DNA of 64,000 bases from Lama guanicoe (lineage: Eukaryota), in assembly GCA_013239625.1 (NCBI GenBank), contig MU054212.1, positions 4,684,270 through 4,748,269 of the forward strand, read 5' to 3'. A program made the translations under genes and the position numbers. Position 1 is the stretch's first letter. The number at the start of each line of letters is the position of its first letter. The notes under the pieces are model-generated. The model had not been told where the DNA came from and did no database searches. It saw nothing but the letters and a program-made list of their open reading frames with translations. Below are positions 37,720-49,871 of the stretch, one piece after another.

Positions 37720-38900
37720 ATTCATTCATTTGTTTCAACAAATATATCTGAGAACCTACCATGGGCCAAGCTCTGTTCTAATTGCTTTTGATACAACAAT
37801 AAACAAAACTTTCTTACATTGACTCAGATCTTGTGGGAGACTATAAATAGGTAGGTATATTAAAAGATGGTGTAGGCTATGAAGAAAAGTTAAGCAGTTG
37901 CAAAGAGAAACAGAGAGATGGTAGTTGTATTAGTCAGGGTTCTCTAGAAAAACAGAACCAATAGGGCCATATATATACATATGATATAACATACATATAC
38001 ATTAGATATAACATATACATATATGTGTGTATATATATATATATGAAGATTTATTATAGGAAATGGAAAATGTAGGCCAAAAAGACTATGCTCTACTATC
38101 TACAAGTTGAGAACCAGAAAAGCCATGGCATAATTCAGTCCCAGTCCAAAAGCCTGAGAAACAGACAAGTCAGTGGTGTAACTCGCAGTCAGAATTCAAG
38201 GGCCCCAGAACCAGCAGTTCTGACGTCCAAGGGCAGGAGAGGCAGATACCCTAATTCAAGAAGATAGTGAGAGGGTTCTCCCTTTCTTTGTTCTTTTTTT
38301 GTTCCATTTGGGAGCTCAAGAGACTGAATGAAGCCTGCCCACACTGGTTAATGTTAAGAGCCAAATGTTAATGGAAGAGTTAAGGCCGACATTTCCAGGG
38401 TGAGATCACACTGAACACGCCGAGGAAGGGTAGCCAAGGCACAGTGTTGTACAATCTCAGGGGAGAAAAACTGGAGGTGGAATCAGAGAGCTAACATGCT
38501 GTTCTAAGGATTTTAGATTATATTCTCATATGCTGGGGGACCACTGAAGTTCTGAGTATAGAGGAGATATTAATTACTTTTGCTTTAAAAGAAAAAAAAT
38601 CTGGTGAATAGAGGTATTCAACATATGTCTCCCTGTCTCATAATTCTGAATTGGGAGGAAAGGGCAAAAGCAGGGAGACCAGTGAGTAACTCTTTTAATC
38701 CACCAGAAGGAAGCCTTGACTTGAGTCGGGGTAGTAGTCACGGAGGTACTAAAAAATAGTTAATTTGGGGATATATTTTATTGGGCTTTGGTGATGGAGT
38801 TATGTGTAAGCGAGACGGGTGAGAGATTGCTTTAAATACGCTAGTAGGGAAGAAAAAATGAGACAAAAGAGAAGTGTTTTTGTTTGTTGGTTAGGTTATG
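37720..38900 (-). mobile_element. L2 LINE interrupted by an MLT2 LTR
   Basis: 'ttcattcatttgtttcaacaaatatatctgagaacctacc' at 37721; L2 resumes after ~38370 with 'gcagggagaccagtgag'. Confidence 0.7.
37927..38360 (-). mobile_element. MLT2 (ERVL) LTR with internal (TA)n
   Basis: 'tgtattagtcagggttctctagaaaaacagaaccaatagg...aattcagtcccagtccaaaagcctgagaa...gactgaatgaagcctgcccacactgg'. Confidence 0.88.
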
Positions 38901-41899
38901 TTTCTCTAGGAGGAGACACAGTCATAAGTAAGGACAGAAGGAAGGGCACATCAGTAAGCGAAATAGTAACAAGGCAATATGAGGAAATACTTGGTCGGAT
39001 GTTATTTTACAACAGTCAGTTTGGAGAAAGGAGGAAAAGTGGAAAAACGAACTTTGAAGGAAGGGATACTTCCTTAAATAAGAGAGAAGGTGAGAGTAAT
39101 GACGGAGATACAGAGAACTTAAAAGGAAGACAGCAGGAGAATGAAGAGCTGTCCATACCAGATGACCTCAATTATCTCTAAATCAAGAGCAAACAGGGTA
39201 GTGGTAGAGATGTGATGCTGGTTTTTACTTTATAGAATTTCAAATAGATCGGTTTGTGTTTTTCTGCTTTAAAATATCATTTAATTAAAATGGAGGCACT
39301 CAGTCTAGACTCTACTGAAAAATAAAAAAAGAATAAGACACAGAACAAGAGCCCACTGAGAGAAGGGCGTATTTTGCATATTTCTATATAACTGAGAGTA
39401 AAATTTCAGTATGAACTTTGGAAAGAATGAATGACCAGAGGGATTCTATGCCATCGGAATTATACAAATGCTCTTAGAAATGCCCTACTCAAGGTTAGGA
39501 ATCTTGACGTTACTCCACGTAGACTCAATAATCCATAATCTAGTGTTTGTTCCACGACATTTAACCAACATCCTCTTCCACTTGCCAAGCTCAAGGAATT
39601 TTCCAACTCTTTTCAGCTCTTACTGTCACGCATTCTACGAGGGAAGGTGGAGGTTAAAGTTCTCTGTATAGTTTAAGTGCCTATATGGTTTAAGAGGAAG
39701 CTTATTTCCACAGAATTCTGTGAAACTGTTAAACAATATTTCTCTTGACCTTTTCATCTTTAGTAGATACATGGATGGACAAAAGACGCAGACATATTTG
39801 GTAAAACAGAGTTTTCTGTGGGTGGGGACCCCATACCATCGGGAGCCCTACTGACTAGACCCAATTATGTTCTAGATATCTTTTAAAGTCTCAGTGTCCA
39901 TTTTACTTTTTCTCTTCTCTATTATAGGACTGAGTGTCTGGGAGGAGGCGTACTATGTAATCTTAGAAAAGAATCTTCATTAATGGTTGGTGGTTGCTAA
40001 GGTGATGCTTCTTTCCACTAGTATGTATTGTGAAGAAGTCTCTGGGAGACACTAGCTAAAAAGAAGTCACACCAAACAGTGGTCACTACAGGCAATTTAA
40101 AAGCTAAGGGAGGTCATGTTCTAAGAACAGATGGAGCCTAGCGCATCTTAAACTATGTCACATAGTCTCAATTCCTTGTAAAGGTATTTAATATCTCATA
40201 TCTTCCAGCTCTTCAAACTTGCTGCCCACGTATGTTTCTCTAGGTAAACTCGCAGCACAGCCCTGACCCCATGCACATCTTTGATAGGCATGTGCATGCT
40301 AGCTCAGAGGGAAGCAGCTAGAATTTGATATGCTGCTTCAGAGCTGTCGGCTTTGTTCAGTATAAATTTCTGGAGTATGAAACCCTGGCTGCCTGCCAGA
40401 GTGTTTCATCCTCTCACTGTCATACTGGTGATCACTGTCTTCACAGTACCAGCAGGGCCATCCTACCTCCTCAGTAGTGACGGACATGTGTCATAGTAAC
40501 ACTTGATTTCATGAGAATCACTGTCCTGGTAGCTCAGGAGATGTCTTGATTTCAGCTGACACATGTTCTGCTTTGGCAAGGTTAGATCTCCTTCACAGAG
40601 AATTGGAAAAGAAATTTGAAATTACACTTGAACACTTAAGTTCTTAACTTAGGAGTATGTGTAATAATCTTTCTCAAGATGCAAAGCTTGCAATGAGATG
40701 CAAATGACTACAACAGCTTTCTTTATTATAAAAGTGACCTTCTGATGTCCATGTTCATATTACCTCTGAAGATTTCTTAAATTATTGTATTGAAAATTTA
40801 AAAAAAAATGTTACTCCACAGGTACATCTCTGGCCATTGTTGCACAGTAAAATTTCCCAGGACTCTTTTTGTCCTTTTTTCTGCCTATGAACCAGGTGGG
40901 ACAAATGGTTTAGCTTAGCCCCTGTTCACATTGACTCTAAGTAATTTAAATGAAACATCCCAGGAGTAATTTGTGAAAACTAATCCCCTCTACAAGAACT
41001 TACATTAGGTCCTTGGGGAAGTTTGTCACTTTTATTTGATGTTAGAAGAATTTATACCCTGACAAGTGCACTATCAGGGCATCACTAGTTGTATCAATTT
41101 AATTAAGGTACTGTCAGCTTTTCTCTAGTTTGCACAGTTTAACGTCTTAGTCTTTTATAATCAAGTGGGCCAGAAAATTGGTGTTCAGTTTACTAGCCCC
41201 AGCTTGTTTCCTTTTCCTAAAGTGTGACTTGCATATTTAAAGCCATTCTTTAGTCATTTGGTGTTAATGTAGATGGATATATATATTTCAGATATCTTTT
41301 TGCATATTTGAGACACTATCAGATGGTCTTCTAGTTCTAACCTCTATATATTCAGAAACATTTAAAAATAAAATCAGTGGATCTTTTGTAATTGGATTGA
41401 CAAGTTTATTAAATGATATATAAAAATTATCAGACTTTTGGGATATAAAATTTTTGGAGACAGCTTCTGTTTCTTGTGGGAAATGAAAGGCTTATATTAT
41501 TTGAGGTATGAAATATAACAGCATTTTTAAAATTAAAAAATGGTTCTGTTTGGCATGTAACTATATTAATTTTACCAAATTAACTAATGTCTTGTTAATT
41601 ATGTAACATTACAGACAGCAAAAAGTGTAGAAAGAGAATTTAATTTTGAAGTGAAGATTTTTGTCCAATAAAGAGTGTGTTCTGCAATTAATTAGTTATG
41701 TAACACACAGAGATACACACTATTCAACTTGAAAAGAGTACCAGCTGTCATTTTTACAAAACTTCATAATACAGGCAATTGTAGACAGAGGATGTAGATG
41801 TAGGTCTAGATATAGGTTTAGGTATTGATGGATATTAGTATAGGGAGAGAGCGAGAACAGAGACAGAGAGAGAGATCTAGCAGATAGGTAAGATTTCCT

Positions 41900-42660
41900 G
41901 GCCAAAATACACAGTTAGGTCTTATATGAATAATTATATCTTTCCAGCCTAAATCCTTTATTGTGTGAATTTTAATAACTCACTTTCATTTGTGTGATAG
42001 ATTGCCATTGGCAATATACGAAAGCTGCTTTTTCACTAGAATAGGACATGGTTACTATTATTTTTCTGGTGTGGTCGTTTAGTGGTTAAGAGGTATGGCT
42101 ATACTTAATTTATATTAATTTAATTATTAGAAAGCATGAACACATCTTTATGTCTTTCCTTTGTGAATTACATGATCAAATGATTTACCTATTTCTGAAC
42201 AAGAACTTTATTTATTTTCCTAATTTCTTTTAATGCACTCTTAATGTATTAACCCTTGGCCATATTCTACAGATAGGTTTCTCATTTTAAAATCAATTTG
42301 GATTACGTATTATGTACTAAATTTTTTTAGTTCTTATGATGCCAAAGCCAAGTGCGTCCATCTTTTAATTGTGATATTGCTTATCGCTCTGGATTTTAGT
42401 ATTTTTTCCTTAAAAAGTTTGACAGTTTCATTTTCTTCTATTTTTACGAAAGTTTCAACTGTATCTATTTGTTTAACAAGATTTTTAAAACTTGTAGTGT
42501 TATGAGAGGTTAAAAAAGAAAAAAAATTGGGTGCCTTAACACAAATAATTAATACGTTGTCCCTTTGACATATATTGAATAATCTTTTTACTCCCCATTA
42601 ATTTGTAATGGTTTGCTTTATAAACGCCTAGCTTATAGTACTATATTCCATTTGTTTACC
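41900..42660 (-). mobile_element. Ancient L1M fragment
   Basis: T-rich strand with degraded antisense L1 ORF2 3' motifs. Confidence 0.5.
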
Positions 42661-42699
42661 CATCTAGTCTTGTTAATTAGCATAGTTAACCTGCTACGT

Positions 42700-43050
42700 T
42701 TTGGTAGATGGTACTCAACCCATCTAGGTGCTCGAGCTGAGAAGTGGGAATTATTTCTGATATTTTGAAATTTTTCTGATTTTACTTCATGCATTCCCTT
42801 TCTTGATTCTAATTTCACACCTCCTGCCAAATCATAAGCACAAATCGCTGTCACCTCTAGATACACCCTCTTAACTTGTTTCTTAGCTTTCAATTTTATA
42901 TTTTTCTGCTAAATTCTCCATAGTGTGTCAAAGCCACATTTTAAAAACATAAATTAGTCATACTGCTTCCTTATTTGAAACCCTTTTATTTGTTCCCTAT
43001 GGCTTTCTTTGTTTACTCTACAAAGTACAAAACACTGTTCTCCATATCCA
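42700..43050 (+). mobile_element. L2 fragment
   Basis: 'ttttaaaaacataaattagtcatactgcttccttatttgaaaccct' is an L2 motif. Confidence 0.6.
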
Positions 43051-43479
43051 TCTCTTTTCTTATAAAACATTTATTTCCCACTAGTCACTTCCACATTTTT
43101 CTTTACTGTGTTGGTTACTTTTATTTAGGAATAAAAGTATTGAAGAGAGGAAATATGTGAGTGAATTTATAACTATATTTTTAATCAACCAACACATTAA
43201 ACCCATTAAAAAAATTAAGCACTGAACTAGTAAATGGCATTAGAAATTGGAACAAAACTAGTCTTCGATTTCAAGTGGCTGACAATCAACATTGAACGTG
43301 GCAATAAAAAGGCCCAAAGGTCAGCTTGAGCACAGGCAGCAAGAAAGACTAAAGATATTTTCTTCCAGACAATAAGTATTTTTTGAGCATGTGTCAGTAT
43401 TTGTAAAAACGCTGAATATGAAGTGGTGAATTAAATAACTAATCCCAGCCCATGTGAAGCCTGTGAGTACTTATAAAAC

Positions 43480-43950
43480 CTATAAGGTAAGCAGAGAAGG
43501 GAGCAAGCTAAGAAATTTGGATTTCATCCTGTAAACAATTGGGTGTTGTGATCTGACTTAAACTGAGGAGAAATATGAAACATGTTTGCAATTTAAGAAT
43601 ATCACCATTGGAGAAGATATATCAAAGCTTCTGACATTAAGAGCGCTGAGATGATTAGTGCAAGTAATAAAGGAGCAGAAGGTGAAATGAAAGAAGATGA
43701 ATAATAAAGACATTATGAAAACTGGATAAATGGGATATGGCCAGAGAATAACTATAGGGGATGACTGAAACATTAGATTCATACATAATTTCCAGATTTT
43801 TGAATGGGTAGTTGGTAAATGAAGAAGCCACATAGAAAGAGATGAAATCTAGGAGAAAGAACACATATGAAGAAAATGATGAAACCAGTTGGGGCACAGC
43901 CAGACTCAAATGTCCGTGGGCATCCAAGTGAAAATTATAAGCAAATTTAA
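43480..43950 (-). mobile_element. L2 fragment
   Basis: 'gctaagaaatttggatttcatcctgtaaacaattggg' and 'gggcatccaagtgaaaat'. Confidence 0.6.
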
Positions 43951-45433
43951 TAAACTGCACCTATTTGTTATAGAATGACAGCAGTGTGTGATGAGGATTT
44001 CTTGTCCACCACCAGGAGGAAGTCTAATTATTGCATATAAAATGGAAGTAAACTTTGACTTGATGCTATTACAATATGGCAATGGCCAGAGATCTACATT
44101 TTACTTTAGAATTTAGATCATCACAAGAACTTAGGCTCACTGGGGACTAAGGTTATTACTGCTTTCTAGCAGAACTAAATTCTTAATTCTTACTAACGAG
44201 ACTAACAAAAACATTGCTAGACTAGGTTATTTTTTTCCTACTTACGCTTATTCATAATATTTTCCCTTTGTCATTGAAAATAATTAGTAGCAACAAATTT
44301 TCACAATGAACAAACCAGTCAGTTGACCAAGAGAATCAATGACAAAGGAAAATTCAGGCGTCCTCATTTATAAGTGATGGAAGAACATTTTTTTTTTCCA
44401 TATTGAAAAAAGACTTAACTAATGGAATCTACACATCTTCCAAAAGGCAAGGCCTATAAAGCAGTAACCACATTTAAATTTCATTCCTATCCCCTTTTTT
44501 GAAGCAGAAGACAGATAAAAATAAATAAAACTTTATCTCTCTATTCTCTGTTGTTTTAGTTTCTTGGTTCAATGGTCTTCAATTATTGTGCATTGAGTTA
44601 TGCATGTTAGTCTTCGAGTGCTTTTGGGTTAAATAAATCTGCTCCTAATATTCTTTAGAACTTGTCATTATAGAATTTGTAGTGATTTTTTCCCTATTCT
44701 TTGTGCATTATATTAAAACCATTTTATGCTTATTTTATGAATGCTATGAACATGTGAAATTTAAAAAAATTGTATATATTTATAATAGCAAAGTTGTTTC
44801 ATTACCTTAGCAAAAACTGTATGTTATACAATTGGACATACATATCTAGAGCATTTTTGGCATTAGGTTTTGGCTTACAAATGTAATGTGCTGAATAAGC
44901 ATGAAAGGAGTTACAGCTGGTATTTGTTTTAAATGACACACATAATAGGCAGAACATCAAAACAGTGGTTAAACTTCAGCCCAAGTGTTCACAGGTCACT
45001 TGTCACAATCTACAATGTCATGGTTGTTTGGGGCCAAAAAAAAAGCAGACTGTATGTGGTCATAGTTTCAGATGTTTCTATAATAGTCATCTCCTTGGGC
45101 AACAGAATTTCTGAGGCAGTCCAAAAAACAGCAATTTATCAACAATTTGAAAATAGGTTTGTGACATGATGTGTTTCCTTGACAGTATAAATGCAATAAC
45201 AGACATAGAATAGAACAATGATTGTAAAGGAAATTATCATTGGTAAGTGCTCTTCCCTGCAATTAATTTCAGAAGTCTATAGGAAAAATTCTGACTGACA
45301 AAATGATTATGGGTGGGTGGATGAACAAAATACATGTTACTGCTATTGTCCTGTGTCTTTTTCTACATTTACAGAATCAAAATTAAATGATGCTTACAAA
45401 ATAGAAGAGTTTTAGTCATTTCTCTTTCAATAG

Positions 45434-45451
45434 AAAATGCAAGTAAAATGG
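45434..45451 (+). other. Candidate 18-nt microexon
   Basis: catttctctttcaatAG|aaaatgcaagtaaaatgg|GTAAGT. Confidence 0.2.
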
Positions 45452-46004
45452 GTAAGTTCTTTAACATTTTAGTAGGTTGCAACACTGATTTAAAAACACA
45501 TTGCAAATTTGGAAATTGCATGAAGACACCAAAGCAAAGGTTTCCATTTCCTCCACACACACCCTGCAGAAATTTCCACTGTTCATTTATTTTTCACCCT
45601 TGAGACTTATCATATTATGAATAGTTACTTACAAAATAGACATTTAAAGACTGCCATATTTGTATAGAATTTAACGAAAACCAGTAAGTTTAAAATAGAC
45701 TTTCTGTGTATAATTTTTTTAACAATTAAAAAAATATTTATTGAGTATCTTTAGTATGTGAATGCTTATATAATTTTTCATTATACTTACTTAAGTGAAA
45801 ACATATAGGTCATTGGCTAAATATCAAAGTGAAACAAATTATAAAACTCTTAACTATACAAATTTCAATATACACCTGAATAAAAACTAACTAGATAATC
45901 TAGAGTTAACTTATATGAGATATTGTTCTGAATTTGGAGGAATAGATGTAACATTTCCTTATTTCTTTGTGATGACAGGATAAATTTAATTTTTAACATT
46001 TTTG

Positions 46005-46910
46005 ATTGAATTTTTATTGAGATAATTTATAGATTCACATATGGTTGTTAAAACATAAGAGATCTTGTGTACAGTTTCCTCCAATGGTAACATCTTGCAT
46101 AACTTGTATCTATTTCTATTTCACCTCCCATTTCTGCTCCATATCTAACACCTGGCAACCACTAATCTATTCTCCATTAAAAATTGTTTTTTCACTTTCA
46201 AATGTATTAGAATCTCACAGTATGTAGTATTTTTGTATTAGCTTATTTTACTCAACAAAATTCCCAGGGGATTCATCCAAGTTCTTATGTTATCAATAGC
46301 CTTTTCTTTTTATTGTTGAATTGTATTCCATGGAATAAATGTATTATGATTTGTTAAGCTATCAATGGAAAAATATCTACTGTTTTCAATTTTTGGCGAT
46401 TATAAAGAAAACTGCTATGACCATTAATGCACAGGCTATGATCATTATTGCACAGGTTTTTGAGTAAATATATTTTCTTTACTCTGAGATAAAATGCCTA
46501 GAGGTACAATTGCTGGGTCCTATAGTAACTGCAAATGGTAGCTTATAAGAAACTGAAAAACTATTTCTAAAGTGGCTATACAATGTAATATTTCACTAGC
46601 AATGTATAAGTTATCCAGTTTTTCTGTCCTCATCATCATTTGGGCTGTTGCTATCTTTTTTTTTTATTATAGTCACTGTGATAGATGTGTTGTGACATAT
46701 AGAAATATGACTAATTGTGTGTTGATATTGTATTCTGTAATGTTTCTGAGCTCATTTATTATTTCTAGGAGTTTGCTTTTAGATTCCTTGGGATTTCCCA
46801 TGCTGAAAGCCATATCACCTGTAAATTAAGGAAATTTTATTTCCTCCTTTCCAAACTTTAATGACTTTTAATTCTTTTTCTTGCCTTATTGCAATGCCTT
46901 AATCACTCAT
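46005..46910 (-). mobile_element. L1MC-type 3'UTR plus ORF2 fragment
   Basis: 'ttgagataatttatagattcacat...cagtttcctccaatggtaacatcttgca'; an antisense ORF2 piece follows at ~46700-46910. Confidence 0.8.
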
Positions 46911-47789
46911 ATATAATATTTTATATCTGAGTTTATGGCTATAGTGTATAGGGTTAAAAAGGAGCATTACTGATCAGACTTTTTTTTAATGCAATGTTCC
47001 CATGGTTTTCATTAAAGTAGATTCAACAAAGTTAATTTATATACATATTTTAATTATAAAAGTAATAAAATTTTATATAAAATTAAGAGAAACCTGGGAA
47101 AAAGAAAATATAAAACCCTTGTATTTTTACTATTAAGATGTAACCAATATTAGCCTTTAATTATGTATTGATATTAAAAATAATATCCAAATGATTGTTT
47201 TTAAAATTAGTGAAATGATGAAATTGGACATTCTTCAGAAGCTGCTTAACTATTTTTTTTTCTGCTTTGTGAATTGTCTGTTCTTATCCTTTGTCAAATT
47301 TCAAAGTAAAGTCCTAATGTTTGAGAAGAAGTTTTAAAATTGGTCTCTTCTATAATGCACATATTATCAAAAGGAAACATATTCAAAGGGAATCAAATCC
47401 AGAAGGTTCAGTTACTTAAAGTTATTTTGAACTGATCTGAGCTACCCTTAGAAACAATCCTATTTGTATCCTAGAAATCTTTTAATGCTGTTAATCACCT
47501 CTGTAATATTTTCCTGGTTAAGACACATGTCACCAGGCAGAAATATACCACATTCTGTTCATAAAGAGAAGTACAAACATAAATGGATAATTAATACATT
47601 TTTCTTTATATCAAATATTAAGAACACATATGTACTTATTGCTTACTATATGGAACATTATTTCAATACTTTTAATAGTTAATATTAGCCACTTAAAGCA
47701 ATAGAGTTATAATTTTTAAAATATTACTACCTACTCATAGCTCTATAATAAAAATATTGTACAATAGATTATAATCTTTATCCAGAAAT

Positions 47790-47980
47790 AAAAAATATAA
47801 TAAACACAGGACAAAGCACTGCTAGATACATCATAGTCAAACTTGACAATGCTGAAAAACTGATGGAAATGAAAGATTAAAAACACCATACTGAAACTAG
47901 CCAGAAAAAAAGTCACATTAAAATACAGAAGTAAAGTGACACAAATAAAAACTAACTTCTCTATATTTATTACTGATGCT
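47790..47980 (+). mobile_element. L1M ORF1 fragment
   Basis: 'ctagatacatcatagtcaaact...gccagaaaaaaagtcacatt' corresponds to the ORF1p 'PRHIIVK...AREK' region. Confidence 0.6.
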
Positions 47981-48149
47981 GAAAGAAGGTTTACAAGGTA
48001 AGATATACAAAAATGGCAGCAGTTTGGAGAAAAAATTGAGGATTTTTATAAACTAGAATTTCTTTAATGACTGGATCTAAGTCCCCATAACCTGCCCACC
48101 CCACAAAATTATCTGCTTTATTTAATTTGATTAAGTAGTATGTTAAATT

Positions 48150-48320
48150 AAACATTGAATTTCAGTTTCTCTAAACCATAACTTAGTTGCCTTGAACAAG
48201 TTTTGAAAACTCTATGAAAGTTATTTTTAATCTACTAAGGGAATTTGTAGAAGCTTAAATGGGATAATGTACATAAATTACCTAGCATAGTTATTGATTA
48301 TCATTAAACTGCAACATAAA
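48150..48320 (+). mobile_element. MIR SINE
   Basis: 'ccttgaacaagtt...cttaaatgggataatgtacataaattacctagcatag'. Confidence 0.6.
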
Positions 48321-49431
48321 TCCAGTTTTTTAATTAAATAATTTCTAATTTGTTATATTTGTTTTTATTTAAAATTTTATATTTTATATGCTAATTTGTG
48401 TTATCTTTCAGATGGATGGATAGCAAATAGATACAGTGCACCTATAAGTTAATGTTGCAATATTAACACAGGGAAAACTGCATATATACCAAATGTGTAT
48501 GTTATATTAGTATGAAATATATCAGAATCATTGAATCAGTTCATATTAAGGTTAAAAAACATTGCTCTATCTATTTGACAATCCCAGGCTAGAGTCAATA
48601 TCCTGAAACGATTAGAGTTCCGAAACTACTGGGGGCAATTTTACCAGATCTACTATTGACTATGCCACCTGAAATCCCTGTGCCATAAAAATAAACAAAT
48701 ATGAAGAGTATCTCTGGAAAAAGTTAAAAAAAAAGAATGGGGTGAAAAAAATCATGGTTTGAACCTGTCTTCAAATATATCTTCAGAGAATTTTTATGGT
48801 TCAAATTTTATGACTTAAAACATAAAATTAATGGATTCATCTAACAAACATCCACGAGCTGGGATCTATTCTTAAACCTCTGAATGTTTTAGCTTAATTA
48901 CGTCTTTTATTAAAATGACTTTATTCTAAATGAGAAAATCAAACCTACTACGTATATGTACAATTTGCAATTCAATTCTGAAAAAGTTCTTCACTAAAAA
49001 TAATTAGGTGGAAAATTATCCCCCAAGTGTAAAGCTTAAGTAGGTATCACACAGAAGCTTTTGCTATATGATCCCTTTGCTATTTTCCCTTTAACAAGCA
49101 GATAAAGAACTGCGTCTTAAAATGTATTAAAACAAGCAGAAATGAATGACTAAAATTACTGGTGATTTTCTACAGTCATAGAAAGGCAAACAGTGATAAT
49201 AACAATTCAACTTTTATTTTCTTTCAATAAATGTATACTGTGTGTGCACTAGGTGCGTAATTTGTTTTTTTTTCCATTTATGCAAATTTCCTCCTCTAGA
49301 AAGGAAAATTCTTTAGGTATTAAGACTTCCACTTTTATACAACTCTATTTGGCTTTTATTAGTATAGTTACATTTTTTTATTTTTTTTTTCAGCTTGTAC
49401 AGGGTTGTGAAAATTATTTCTACCGTTTCAG

Positions 49432-49461
49432 CCACATGTGTTAAATAAAGGAAGAGTTAAG
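49432..49461 (+). other. Candidate 30-nt exon (alternative acceptor at 49394 gives 68 nt)
   Basis: ttctaccgtttcAG|ccacatgtg...gagttaag|GTAAGT; upstream alternative acceptor after a long T tract. Confidence 0.25.
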
Positions 49462-49687
49462 GTAAGTGAAAGTTACGAATGTCCCAGAACTTTAACATGC
49501 CTTATGTGAGAATACTTCCTGCCCCTAACTGGTCTCACTTGTCCTTCCATGTTTTCAAATTTAAAGAGAATGTTAATCCGTTTGCTCCATGTAGGGGCAT
49601 TAATTCAAGCACAGTTATTTGTGGGGATCACTGTGTGATGAAAGTCATCTCTCTTATTGTTTTTGCTTTCTCCATTTGTGTTTACAG

Positions 49688-49710
49688 AATAAGAAGATCC
49701 ATCATTTTGG
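49688..49710 (+). other. Candidate 23-nt microexon
   Basis: Long pyrimidine tract tttttgctttctccatttgtgtttacAG|aataagaagatccatcattttgg|GTAAGA. Confidence 0.35.
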
Positions 49711-49851
49711 GTAAGATGGGTTACCTTCTTATTTCCCATCTGACTTTTTTCCCTATGGAGCTGCTACACCTCAGTACAGGCAGCTGAATTCAGTTAAGCC
49801 TTCGATATCATTCTTCACTGCCATTTGTTTTCTCCTTTTACTCTAACATAG

Positions 49852-49871
49852 GTTGGATTGAGCATGGGACA
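49852..49871 (+). other. Candidate 20-nt microexon
   Basis: tttgttttctccttttactctaacatAG|gttggattgagcatgggaca|GTAAGT. Confidence 0.3.

Noticed and set aside
38819..39181. 120-aa plus-strand ORF
   Set aside because: Purine-rich sequence in or next to an antisense L2; charged low-information translation with no recognisable homology
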